Assembly: GCA_031414315.1 (NCBI GenBank)
Contig: JANNVF010000446.1
Coordinates: forward strand, 1-36,435
Direction of reading: 5' to 3'
Origin: Hyphomonadaceae bacterium
GTDB taxonomy: Bacteria; Pseudomonadota; Alphaproteobacteria; Caulobacterales; Aquidulcibacteraceae
DNA length: 36,435 nucleotides
A model generated the notes under the pieces. That model was not told the origin of the DNA, searched no databases, and saw only the letters and a program-made list of their open reading frames with translations. The position numbers and the translations under genes were made by a program. Shown here in pieces: positions 25,120 to 32,583 of this stretch (positions are counted from its first letter, which is position 1; each line of letters starts with the position of its first letter).

Positions 25120-25216
25120 AGCCGCGCCGGTGGCGCATGCCTGCGCAAGAGCTTCTGAGCTTCTGAGCTTTTGCGCCACTGAACGGAAAAGGCGGGCCAG
25201 TGATGGTCCGCCTTTT
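25120..25216 (+). repeat. right copy of the direct repeat: orphan TonB-receptor C-terminal remnant (..LRKSF*) plus a terminator copy
   Basis: agCCGCGCCGGTGGCGcatgcCTGCGCAAGAgcTTCTGAGC(TTCTGAGC)tTTTGCGcCACTGAACGGAaaaGGCGGGCC... It includes an 8-bp tandem duplication GCTTCTGA x2. No receptor gene body lies upstream of it. Confidence 0.6.
25187..25216 (+). terminator. orphan terminator hairpin (copy 2 of the GGCGGGCC hairpin family)
   Basis: AAAAGGCGGGCC agtgat GGTCCGCCTTTT. Confidence 0.55.
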
Positions 25217-25349
25217 CCCTTTCGACGAGACTTCGCGTCGCCCGTTGCCGCCGCCTCCGCGCCGGAGGTGAGAAAGCGTCTCTTCTGCACCAGTCCATTG
25301 ACCTGCCCGATCTCCGCCAAGGCGGAATGTGTCATAAGTATCTGAACCA

Positions 25350-25363
25350 CCATAAATTTATGG
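25350..25363. promoter_or_regulatory. perfect 14-bp palindrome CCATAAATTTATGG upstream of the XRE pseudogene; candidate operator
   Basis: Read directly from the sequence. Lies in an AT-rich stretch about 110-150 nt upstream of the XRE reading frames. Confidence 0.35.
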
Positions 25364-25470
25364 AAAGCGCACCGGAAGGTCCATTATGTCGCTTCCGCCA
25401 CACTTGCGTGACATATTGACCACATCCACTTCAAATCTGAAAGGCGCTCGGGAGCGGGCGGGATGCGCAA

Positions 25471-25911
25471 ATGCATGAGCTGGGCGAGCGATTGCCCCGT
25501 CGGAGTTGATCAACCTGCATATCGGCAAGCGGCTCCGCCGGCGACGCCGTCTTCTGGGCCTCACCCAGCAACAGGTGCGGAGTCAGTCGGCCTGCGCTTC
25601 CAGCAGATTCAAAAGTACGAGTGCGGCGCCAATGGCGTGGCGGCGAGTCGCCTTCACGAATTCTCCGTCGCCCTGAACGTGCCGGTCAGCTATTTCTTCA
25701 AAGGACTGCAGCAGCATCCCGCACCACAAGGCGCGATCAACAACGATGGCAACCTGCTCGCATTCGACGTGCTGAGCCAGAAGGAAACGCTCGACCTGAT
25801 CCGGGTCTACTACAAGCTTGGCGCGCGCGCAGCTGCTTGCTGGAACTCGCCAGAGCACTTCAGGATGACTCGACCAGCACGGCGCCGAAGGCCCGTTCGA
25901 CAGCGGATTGA
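25471..25911 (+). pseudogene. XRE-family HTH transcriptional regulator, disrupted by at least two frameshifts
   Basis: Homology-like segments lie in three frames. The frame of 25506 gives (L/M)INLHIGKRLRRRRRLLGLTQQQ. The frame of track ORF 25463 gives AESVGLRFQQIQKYECGANGVAASRLHEFSVALNVPVSYFFKGL...LSQKETLDLIRVYYKLG. The frame of track ORF 25621 gives LLELARALQDDSTSTAPKARSTAD*. The frame switches fall near 25575-25578 and inside a (GC)5 run at 25821-25830. Confidence 0.7.
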
Positions 25912-25916
25912 AACGG

Positions 25917-25946
25917 AAATGGCGGGCCAGCGACGGCCCGCCATTT
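25917..25946. terminator. bidirectional terminator hairpin (copy 3 of the GGCGGGCC family) between the XRE pseudogene and the NTF2-like gene
   Basis: AAATGGCGGGCC agcgac GGCCCGCCATTT, a perfect 12-bp stem with A/T-rich flanks on both sides. Confidence 0.7.
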
Positions 25947-25974
25947 GATGTGTGCCGTACGTGCGTCTACGCGC

Positions 25975-26370
25975 CTATTCCTGCACCAGCAACGTCTCGC
26001 TGTGCGCGTGACATTCCCAGCCGTCCTTGCCGCGCAGCCACGTCGAGCTATCGGCGGCGCGCAGGTCCTGTGACTTGCCCTTCATCTGGACCTTCTGTTT
26101 GACGGTGTAGGCGATGATCGCCACGTCGGCGGTGGGAATGGACACTTCGACGTCATCGAAAGCGTAGGACTCCAGCGTCCAGTCGCCCTCTTCCGTCATC
26201 TTGCCCATCTTGCTCTTGGCGATGCTCATCACGCCGCGCGCGCCGGTGACGAGCGATGTCCTGCCGGAGAGCTGCGCTGCGCGGTCCCCGTCCTTTTTCT
26301 TCATGGCGTCCCAGTAGGATTTTTCCAACGCAATGATGTCGTCCTTGGTGGGTTTCGCGGAATTTGGCAT
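25975..26370 (-). CDS. NTF2-like / SnoaL-like (DUF4440-type) small protein
   Basis: Only the last 131 aa of track ORF 25975..27336 look real. ATG 26370 has AAGGAG 7 nt upstream. MPNSAKPTKDDIIALEKSYWDAMKKKDGDRAAQL...STWLRGKDGWECHAHSE matches the usual DUF4440 pattern. Confidence 0.85.
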   Translation of the reverse strand: MPNSAKPTKDDIIALEKSYWDAMKKKDGDRAAQLSGRTSLVTGARGVMSIAKSKMGKMTEEGDWTLESYAFDDVEVSIPTADVAIIAYTVKQKVQMKGKSQDLRAADSSTWLRGKDGWECHAHSETLLVQE

Positions 26371-26627
26371 GGGGAGCTCCTTTGTGTGCTCCCAACCTAC
26401 TCGGGGTGATCGCGAGGGTTCCGCATACAAACTGTCCATGCGGCGCTCGCATTTGTATGTCGCGATGTGCATGCGCTGCGAAATTTGTACGTCGCGCCGC
26501 CACCCTCTCCTGCGCCTGAGCGGGAGAGGGACAGACGGCGCGGTGGCGCAGGACGAGTGTCGTCGTGGGGCAAGGATGAGAAATAGGAGGAGTGGCGCCC
26601 CGCCAATCCACACCGGTTTCCGTACCG

Positions 26628-26650
26628 CCGGCTTCAGCCGGTATTTTTTT
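26628..26650 (+). terminator. short GC hairpin with T7 run and no gene upstream (orphan terminator or attenuator)
   Basis: CCGGC ttca GCCGG ta TTTTTTT. The exact reverse complement of the 14-nt hairpin recurs at 26680-26693 (CCGGCTGAAGCCGG). Confidence 0.4.
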
Positions 26651-26760
26651 CGTTGACGTAATCCTTGGCGCGCACCGGGCCGGCTGAAGCCGGTCGTGCG
26701 GGCGTCAGGATTTTCGCACCGTCCAATCCGGCAGACTTCAACCCGGCGCATACTTCGCGC

Positions 26761-27288
26761 ATGCAAAACCTCAGACGCCTCGATCCAGAACCGTTGCACG
26801 CCCGCACCCACGCCCTCCGGGCCTGGGTGCTGACCGCTGCGGCGTTTCTGGCGCAGGCGTTTGAGGACACGCTCAGCCGCGCCAAATTCAGCAGGCACTG
26901 GCGGATCTTCGTGCGCGCCGCGCTGCGCCGCGTCGCGGGCGATCTCAAGATGCTGATCGTGGCGCTCGCGCTGGCGCACCTGGACGAGCCTGTCCCGCGC
27001 CCGCGCACCACGCGCCCACGCTCGCGGCGGCGCGGGTTCCGCCACGCCCGAAACACCGGCAGCGTCGTGCGGCGCGCCAAGCGGCGCGTGCGCTTGGCGG
27101 GCGGGTCGATCTGCGCCCGCATCGCACGGATGTGCGCCATTCTCGCCGATCTCAAGCGCTGGATCGCACGCATGATCGTGCATCTGGAGCGCCGCTCCCC
27201 CACCGCGCGGCTGGTGGCGGTCGCGCCGCCGGCGCAGATCTTCGCTGGCCGCGCCCGGCCTGCGCGCATCTGTGCCGATACGTCCTAG
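26761..27288 (+). CDS. hypothetical arginine-rich protein (175 aa), unknown family
   Basis: ATG 26761 inside track ORF 26665..27288. Strong GC3 bias in this frame. Very basic centre (PRPRTTRPRSRRRGFRHARNTGSVVRRAKRRVRLAGG) flanked by helical-looking segments. Confidence 0.62.
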   Translation: MQNLRRLDPEPLHARTHALRAWVLTAAAFLAQAFEDTLSRAKFSRHWRIFVRAALRRVAGDLKMLIVALALAHLDEPVPRPRTTRPRSRRRGFRHARNTGSVVRRAKRRVRLAGGSICARIARMCAILADLKRWIARMIVHLERRSPTARLVAVAPPAQIFAGRARPARICADTS

Positions 27289-27492
27289 CCTGCGCGCTTT
27301 GCCAGACCCCGCTCGGCCCTCACCGCGAAGCGACACGCTTCCGCGGGCGCCTCGGCGCGCCTGTGGATAATGACATTACCAAAAAGATCGAATCGAGAAC
27401 GAATCGCCAGCTAATCACTGTGAGTGATTCGTTCGATACTTGTTCACCGCTACAGATAGTGCCCGATTCTCGACCACGCCACAACCTGGACT

Positions 27493-28251
27493 CTAGGTGG
27501 CCGTGAAGCTGCGCGCTTCCAGCACCGCGACGCCGATCTGTTCGATGTCCGTAGGCATCTCGATGCGAAGGGGCGCATGGAGTCCGTTGCCGGTGGGCGC
27601 GAACAGGAAGGTGAGCGTGGCGGGGACCTGCGGGTCGGGGAAGCCGGCGATCGGCCGGAACTGGACGCTGCAACGCACCGCCTGCCCGCGATAGGCCGAC
27701 GTGTTGACCGGGACCCGGCCGTTGGGCGTCAGCACAAAGTCGAACCGCGACCGGCCGTCCATCAGGACATGGATGGTGCGGTTGCAGGGATCTCCCGAGG
27801 CGCCGATCATGCTGGCGATGGCCGAGACCTGATCGATGGCGCCGGCCTTCTGGGCGTCGGTAGCGGGCGGGTTGCCCATGCCCATCACCGGATTGGCGGT
27901 GGTGACCGGCTGGGCCCCGGAGAAATCGACCGTGACGACGCGGTTCCGCTTGCCGCCCTGGTGGCGATAGCTCTCGGGGTCGAGGCCGGCGGCGGTCACC
28001 CGGCCCTTGGCGGCGTAGCTGTAGTTCTGGGCGTCTCCGACCAGCGCCCCGACCATGCCGGTCATGCGGCGGCGGGCCGTGGCCTCGTAGGTCCCGCCGT
28101 CGAACTTCACCCCATAGAGGAATTCCCCGGCCTGCAGGCCCCGGCCGCTGATCGTATAGACCGCGTTGAAGCTCCGCGACGCGGGGGGCTGGGCGTCGGC
28201 GGCGGCTCCGGTCAGGGCTGCCAGGGCCGCCGCCGCGAGAATGCGCTTCAT
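27493..28251 (-). CDS. DUF3108-like secreted protein
   Basis: 252 aa. Signal peptide MKRILAAAALAALTGAAADA and an all-beta-looking body. The family name is from memory and moderately confident. The overlapping 357-aa ORF in another frame is rejected. Confidence 0.8.
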   Translation of the reverse strand: MKRILAAAALAALTGAAADAQPPASRSFNAVYTISGRGLQAGEFLYGVKFDGGTYEATARRRMTGMVGALVGDAQNYSYAAKGRVTAAGLDPESYRHQGGKRNRVVTVDFSGAQPVTTANPVMGMGNPPATDAQKAGAIDQVSAIASMIGASGDPCNRTIHVLMDGRSRFDFVLTPNGRVPVNTSAYRGQAVRCSVQFRPIAGFPDPQVPATLTFLFAPTGNGLHAPLRIEMPTDIEQIGVAVLEARSFTAT

Positions 28252-28373
28252 GGGTGGTGCTCCTCAAAGTCCAGTCAGAACGATAACCGGGCCTGCATGG
28301 TTGCAGCATGAACGGATCGCGGCGCGAATGTGGCTGGATATGGCGCGCCGGGCCGCCCCGGGCAATCGGCGCG

Positions 28374-28402
28374 CTTGACCGGGGCGGCCGCATCGCCTAT
28401 CC
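28374..28402 (+). promoter_or_regulatory. candidate sigma-70 promoter of rpmB (TTGACC-N17-TATCCG)
   Basis: TTGACC at 28374-28379 and TATCCG at 28397-28402, about 42 nt upstream of the rpmB ATG. Confidence 0.3.
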
Positions 28403-28443
28403 GTCCGCCCTTCGTTTTTCGCCCTCATTCTGGACGCAAACCC

Positions 28444-28734
28444 ATGTCCCGCCGCTGCGAACTGACCGGCACCGATCGCCAGATCGGCCACCGGGTCAGC
28501 CACTCCAACATCAAGACCAAGCGCGAGTTCGGTCCGAACCTCGTGAGCGTGACCCTGCGCTCGGAAGCGCTCGGCCGCGCGTTCAAGTTCAAGATCACGG
28601 CCGCAACGCTGCGCACCGTCGACCACCGCGGCGGCTTCGACGCCTTCCTGATCAAGCAGGGCGAAGACGGCATGTGCGCGAAGGCCGTAAAGGTCCGCCG
28701 CGAACTGAAGAAGAAGCTCGCCGCAGCGGCTTAG
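28444..28734 (+). CDS. rpmB: 50S ribosomal protein L28
   Basis: ATG 28444 within track ORF 28330..28734. MSRRCELTGTDRQIGHRVSHSNIKTKREFGPNL is the canonical L28 N-terminus. Confidence 0.95.
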   Translation: MSRRCELTGTDRQIGHRVSHSNIKTKREFGPNLVSVTLRSEALGRAFKFKITAATLRTVDHRGGFDAFLIKQGEDGMCAKAVKVRRELKKKLAAAA

Positions 28735-28746
28735 TTTCTCGATCCG

Positions 28747-29802
28747 CTATTTCGCGGCTTCAACCAGATCGAACGCGTACAGCAGCGTCCTCTGGCTGCC
28801 GCTGAAGTTGTTGTCCGAGACGATGTAGATCCGCACCGGGCCGTCGCTGGCGTGCGTGATCGCGAGGCCCTCGAAATTGTCGAGGCCAACAGGCGGATTG
28901 AGATCGGCGATGGTCTCGCCTTCCCAGCGCGCGGGACTTGCGGTGAGGCCCGCCTGCTCAACGCGGCGAATGAAAATGCGCGGCCCGATCAGCGGGGCGA
29001 AGAACCGTTCCATCGCGACGAAATCGCCGTCGGGCAGGCGGTCGAGCGCGACGAGGCCGTAGCCGTCTTGCGTCTGCGTGCGCCCAACCGGCGTCGGCAG
29101 AACATCCGACGCCAGCGGGGCAATCCAGAACGGCGCGCCGTTCTTGCGAAAGCCCTCAGCGCCGATGAGAAGATTGTCGCCGAACGCCGCCATCGCTTCG
29201 AGGCTGTCGTTGGCGTCGAGGTCGTCCGTGCCGGCGAGCCCGAGTTCCTTCTCGGCCGGCGCCATCGGCCCGTTCTTCTCCAGATCGTACAGCCGCACCG
29301 TGTGGGTGCGTTCGAAGCTCACAGCGAACCGCCCGTCCGGCAAGCGCGTGATATCTTCGGCGTCGGCGTGCTCCTTGTCCGGGAGCGGCCGCCCGTTTTC
29401 ACCGCGCATCGCCGCGATACGGCCGTCCGCAAGACCCACAAGCGTGTCAGCGTCGTCGAGCACGAGCCGCGCGGCAAACCAGTCGCCCTGATCAGACACC
29501 GCAAGCACGCGGCCATCCTCGGCTACGTAGATGTCCGAAAGGCCGCCGAAGCGCGCTTCGTCCGATGCGATTTCGATGCCGCCGCGATAGCGGAGCTGAC
29601 CCACTGTTCCCATATCCGGCGCGGATGGCGCGAGCGGCACGGCGCGCACCGACAGGCGGATCGCCAGCCAATCGGCGGCGTCGGGGCCAAATCCGCTGCC
29701 CGCCTGCGCGCTGATCGCCGGCGTCGTGAGCGGCGGCGCGGCGGCGCGATCGGCGTGCACGCATGCTGCGAGCGCCAGCAGCGCGACAAAAGCTCTTTTC
29801 AA
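28747..29802 (-). CDS. esterase-like activity of phytase family protein (secreted or lipoprotein)
   Basis: Real part of track ORF 28747..30234. TTG 29802 gives (M)[16 protein letters not shown] (lipobox). Motifs FGGLSDI, NFEGLAI and YIVSDNNF are typical of this family. The start overlaps the cobT stop (TTGA). Confidence 0.78.
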   Translation of the reverse strand: MKRAFVALLALAACVHADRAAAPPLTTPAISAQAGSGFGPDAADWLAIRLSVRAVPLAPSAPDMGTVGQLRYRGGIEIASDEARFGGLSDIYVAEDGRVLAVSDQGDWFAARLVLDDADTLVGLADGRIAAMRGENGRPLPDKEHADAEDITRLPDGRFAVSFERTHTVRLYDLEKNGPMAPAEKELGLAGTDDLDANDSLEAMAAFGDNLLIGAEGFRKNGAPFWIAPLASDVLPTPVGRTQTQDGYGLVALDRLPDGDFVAMERFFAPLIGPRIFIRRVEQAGLTASPARWEGETIADLNPPVGLDNFEGLAITHASDGPVRIYIVSDNNFSGSQRTLLYAFDLVEAAK

Positions 29803-31676
29803 ATTCGTCGTCCCCCGGAACTTCTTTGGCCGCGGCGCGGCGCATCCGTGTTCGGCGCAACAGAGTCGTCGAACAGTTCCGCCAGCTTGTCGGTCATCGC
29901 GCCGCCGAGCTGTTCGGCGTCGACGATCGTCACCGCGCGGCGATACCAGCGCGTCACGTCGTGGCCAATGCCGATGGCGATGAGTTCCACCGGCGAGCGT
30001 GTCTCGATCCACTGGATCACCGCGCGCAGATGCTTTTCCAGATAGTTGCCGGGGTTCGCCGACAACGTGGAATCGTCCACCGGCGCGCCGTCCGAAATCA
30101 CCATCAGGATGCGGCGCTGTTCGGGCCGTCCCAACAGGCGCTCGTGCGCCCACATCAGCGCCTCGCCGTCGATGTTCTCTTTCAGCAGCCCCTCGCGCAT
30201 CATCAGCCCGAGGTTGCGGCGTGCGCGCCGCCACGGGGCGTCGGCGCTCTTGTAGATGACGTGGCGCAGGTCATTCAGACGGCCCGGATGCATCGGTCGG
30301 CCGGCCTTCAGCCAGTCCTCCTTCGCCATGCCACCTTTCCACGCGCGCGTTGTGAAGCCGAGAATTTCCACCTTCACCCCGCACCGCTCCAGCGTGCGTG
30401 CGAGAATGTCGGCGCAGAGTGCGGCCACCATGATTGGGCGTCCGCGCATGGAGCCCGAATTGTCGAGCAACAGCGTGACCACCGTATCCTTGAAGTCGGT
30501 GTCCTCTTCCTGCTTGAACGAGAGCGGCGCAGTGGGATCGACGACCACGCGGGTGAGCCGCGCGGTATCGAGCACCCCCTCTTCGAGATCGAACGTCCAC
30601 GAGCGGTTCTGCTTGGCCAGCAGCCGCCGCTGTAGACGATTGGCGAGGCGACCGACGACGCTCTGCAACGGCTTCAACTGCTGATCGAGATAGGTGCGCA
30701 GCCGCGCGAGTTCGTCGGCGTCGCAGAGATCTTCCGCCGGGATCACTTCGTCGTGCGCGTGCGTGAAGGTCTTGTAGTTGAGGTTCGGGTCGTTGCTGTC
30801 GTCGCGCGCGCGCGGGCGCATCGGGCGCTCGCCGTCTTCCGGCGCCTCGGATTCCTCCTCGTTGTCTGCGTCGGTCTCCATCTGGACCTGCTGGCTGTCA
30901 TCGGAAATGTCCTCGTCGCTCTGGCCCGCCTCCATTTCCATTGTCGCGGGATCGGGCGCCTGATCCTGTGCGCCTTCGTCCTGCGATGGCGACGGCGGTT
31001 GCTGTTGATCGGCGCCGTCCTCCGGTTCTTCGCTCGGCTCGCCGCCGATCTCGTCGCCGAGTTCAAGCTCCTTGATGAGATCGCGCGCCACGAGCGCGAA
31101 CAGACGCTGGTCCTCGATCACGTTGGTGAGCCGGTCGAGCGCCCCGCTCGCCTTCTCGATCTCCGCGCGCCAGCTGTCGACGACACCGCGCGCCACCTCC
31201 GGCGGCCTCAGCCCCGTCAGTCGTTCGCGCACCATCATGGCGAGCGCATCGGCCAACGGCGCAGACGTGCGATCCTCCATCCGCGCGAAGCCACGCTTCT
31301 CGCATTTTTCGACGAGTGCTGCGGTGAGGTTGGCCGCGACGCCGGCCATGGCGTTGGAGCCAAGCGCCTGGACGCGCATGTCCTCCACCGCGTCGAACAG
31401 CGCGCGGGCGCGATCGCCGGTCGGGCGCAGCGCGGCGTGCCGTTTGGCGTCATGGTGGGCGAGTTTCAGCGCCAGACCATCGGCGTGCCCGCGCAGGCGT
31501 TCGGCCTCGGGATCGGACATCACGCGCGGCGGATGCGGCAGCACGATCCGGTCGCCGGTCAGGCGCGGGCCTTCGGCGCCAAAGGTGACCTCCAGTTCCT
31601 CGGTCCCGGCCAGCGCGCGGGTCGACTGCGCGAGCGCGCGCTTGAAGAGTTCGGTCGGGGTATCCTTCACGGCCAT
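29799..31676 (-). CDS. cobT: cobaltochelatase subunit CobT-like protein (vWA domain)
   Basis: 625 aa. Canonical CobT N-terminus, an acidic middle region, and a C-terminal vWA domain with [14 protein letters not shown]. Confidence 0.9.
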   Translation of the reverse strand: MAVKDTPTELFKRALAQSTRALAGTEELEVTFGAEGPRLTGDRIVLPHPPRVMSDPEAERLRGHADGLALKLAHHDAKRHAALRPTGDRARALFDAVEDMRVQALGSNAMAGVAANLTAALVEKCEKRGFARMEDRTSAPLADALAMMVRERLTGLRPPEVARGVVDSWRAEIEKASGALDRLTNVIEDQRLFALVARDLIKELELGDEIGGEPSEEPEDGADQQQPPSPSQDEGAQDQAPDPATMEMEAGQSDEDISDDSQQVQMETDADNEEESEAPEDGERPMRPRARDDSNDPNLNYKTFTHAHDEVIPAEDLCDADELARLRTYLDQQLKPLQSVVGRLANRLQRRLLAKQNRSWTFDLEEGVLDTARLTRVVVDPTAPLSFKQEEDTDFKDTVVTLLLDNSGSMRGRPIMVAALCADILARTLERCGVKVEILGFTTRAWKGGMAKEDWLKAGRPMHPGRLNDLRHVIYKSADAPWRRARRNLGLMMREGLLKENIDGEALMWAHERLLGRPEQRRILMVISDGAPVDDSTLSANPGNYLEKHLRAVIQWIETRSPVELIAIGIGHDVTRWYRRAVTIVDAEQLGGAMTDKLAELFDDSVAPNTDAPRRGQRSSGGRRI

Positions 31677-31803
31677 GCAGCGAGAGATAGCTCAGGCGCC
31701 GGCGTCAGGAAACAGGCCTCGGCCGCTCGCCTCCGGTGAGCTGTGGAATTGCCGCATGGGGCGCATCGTGCAATCTTTCGCGCCTTCGCCGGCAGAGGAC
31801 TTC

Positions 31804-32580
31804 ATGCGTACGGACGGGTTTTACGTAGCGACACTCGCCCTCGCGGTCGCCCTGTCGACGGCGGCCGTGACCACGGCGACTCGTGCGCAGTCCGAACCCC
31901 TGACCGGCATGTCGCTTCCGGCGCCGCCGTTCCAGTACGTCGACGAGTGCGGCGCGCGGTTCGTGGAACTCGCCCCGCAGGCCGAGCCGCACACCATCAC
32001 CTGGCGCGAGTTCGGCGAGCCGGTGGCCACCTACGTCGGTGTCACCGCCTATGCCCACGGCCGCGACGGTGATCCGCGCCGCGAGAACCCACAGGGTCTC
32101 TATCAGTGCACGGAGCTTGTGCATCGCTATTTGCGCCAGACCTACGCGATCCCCACACGCATCGGGCTTGGCCTCGGGCATGGCGTCGATCTGGCGCACG
32201 GGGTGGCGGAGCGGTTCGGCGGTGAGACGTGGACGGGCGGCATCACGGGCGAAACGCCGGTGACGCTGCGCTACTTCGCCAGCGGCGGGGACGCCTGCCG
32301 GCCGATGGTGGGCTCTGTCGTATCGATCGCGATGCCCTATGACGACGGAACGCCCTCACCCGGGCACGTGGCGATTATTCGCGCGCTGGAGCCTGACAGC
32401 GGCGTGCTCATCGCCACGCTGTTCGAGCAGCACGGCGGTTCGTCGCTGGCGCCCGGCGATGAAGTGAGCGCCGGGCAGATCCGGTTCGAGCGCGTGGACG
32501 GCGCGTGGGTAGGCGCGTTCCTGTCGCAGAGCGGGCGCACGTTCCCGGTCGTCGGCTGGACCAGCGTCGTCGCGCCCTAG
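31804..32580 (+). CDS. secreted CHAP-domain protein (putative amidase/peptidase)
   Basis: Real part of track ORF 31072..32580. ATG 31804 gives the signal peptide MRTDGFYVATLALAVALSTAAVTTATRAQ. Candidate catalytic Cys in YQCTELVHRYL and His in PGHVAIIRAL. ATG 31756 is an alternative start. Confidence 0.78.
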   Translation: MRTDGFYVATLALAVALSTAAVTTATRAQSEPLTGMSLPAPPFQYVDECGARFVELAPQAEPHTITWREFGEPVATYVGVTAYAHGRDGDPRRENPQGLYQCTELVHRYLRQTYAIPTRIGLGLGHGVDLAHGVAERFGGETWTGGITGETPVTLRYFASGGDACRPMVGSVVSIAMPYDDGTPSPGHVAIIRALEPDSGVLIATLFEQHGGSSLAPGDEVSAGQIRFERVDGAWVGAFLSQSGRTFPVVGWTSVVAP

Positions 32581-32583
32581 ACG

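Noticed and set aside
25154-25172. GCTTCTGA tandem copies as a CRISPR or microsatellite array
   Set aside because: There are only two and a half 8-bp units with no spacers, so it is a simple slippage duplication inside the repeat copy.
26576-26656. 26-codon mini-ORF (MRNRRSGAPPIHTGFRTAGFSRYFFR) as a leader peptide before the orphan terminator
   Set aside because: It has no convincing Shine-Dalgarno at proper spacing and no run of regulatory codons. The idea is kept only as part of the spacer finding.
26371-27336. Upstream 322 codons of ORF 25975..27336, and ORF 26634..27269 (minus)
   Set aside because: Only the last 131 codons (AAGGAG plus ATG 26370) look like a protein. The remainder runs antisense through the spacer and the plus-strand Arg-rich gene, which has the better third-position GC bias.
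27320-28393. 357-aa minus-strand ORF
   Set aside because: It is an alternate frame of the DUF3108-like gene (27493..28251), which has a signal peptide and a normal composition. The 357-aa product is Arg/Pro/Gly-rich junk.
28330-28443. 38-codon N-terminal extension of rpmB in the track ORF
   Set aside because: L28 starts at MSRRCELTG (ATG 28444). The extension covers the predicted promoter and has no homology-like features.
30753-31739. 328-aa plus-strand ORF, and the first ~240 codons of ORF 31072..32580
   Set aside because: They are antisense to cobT. Only the part from ATG 31804 (signal peptide onward) is credible as the CHAP protein.
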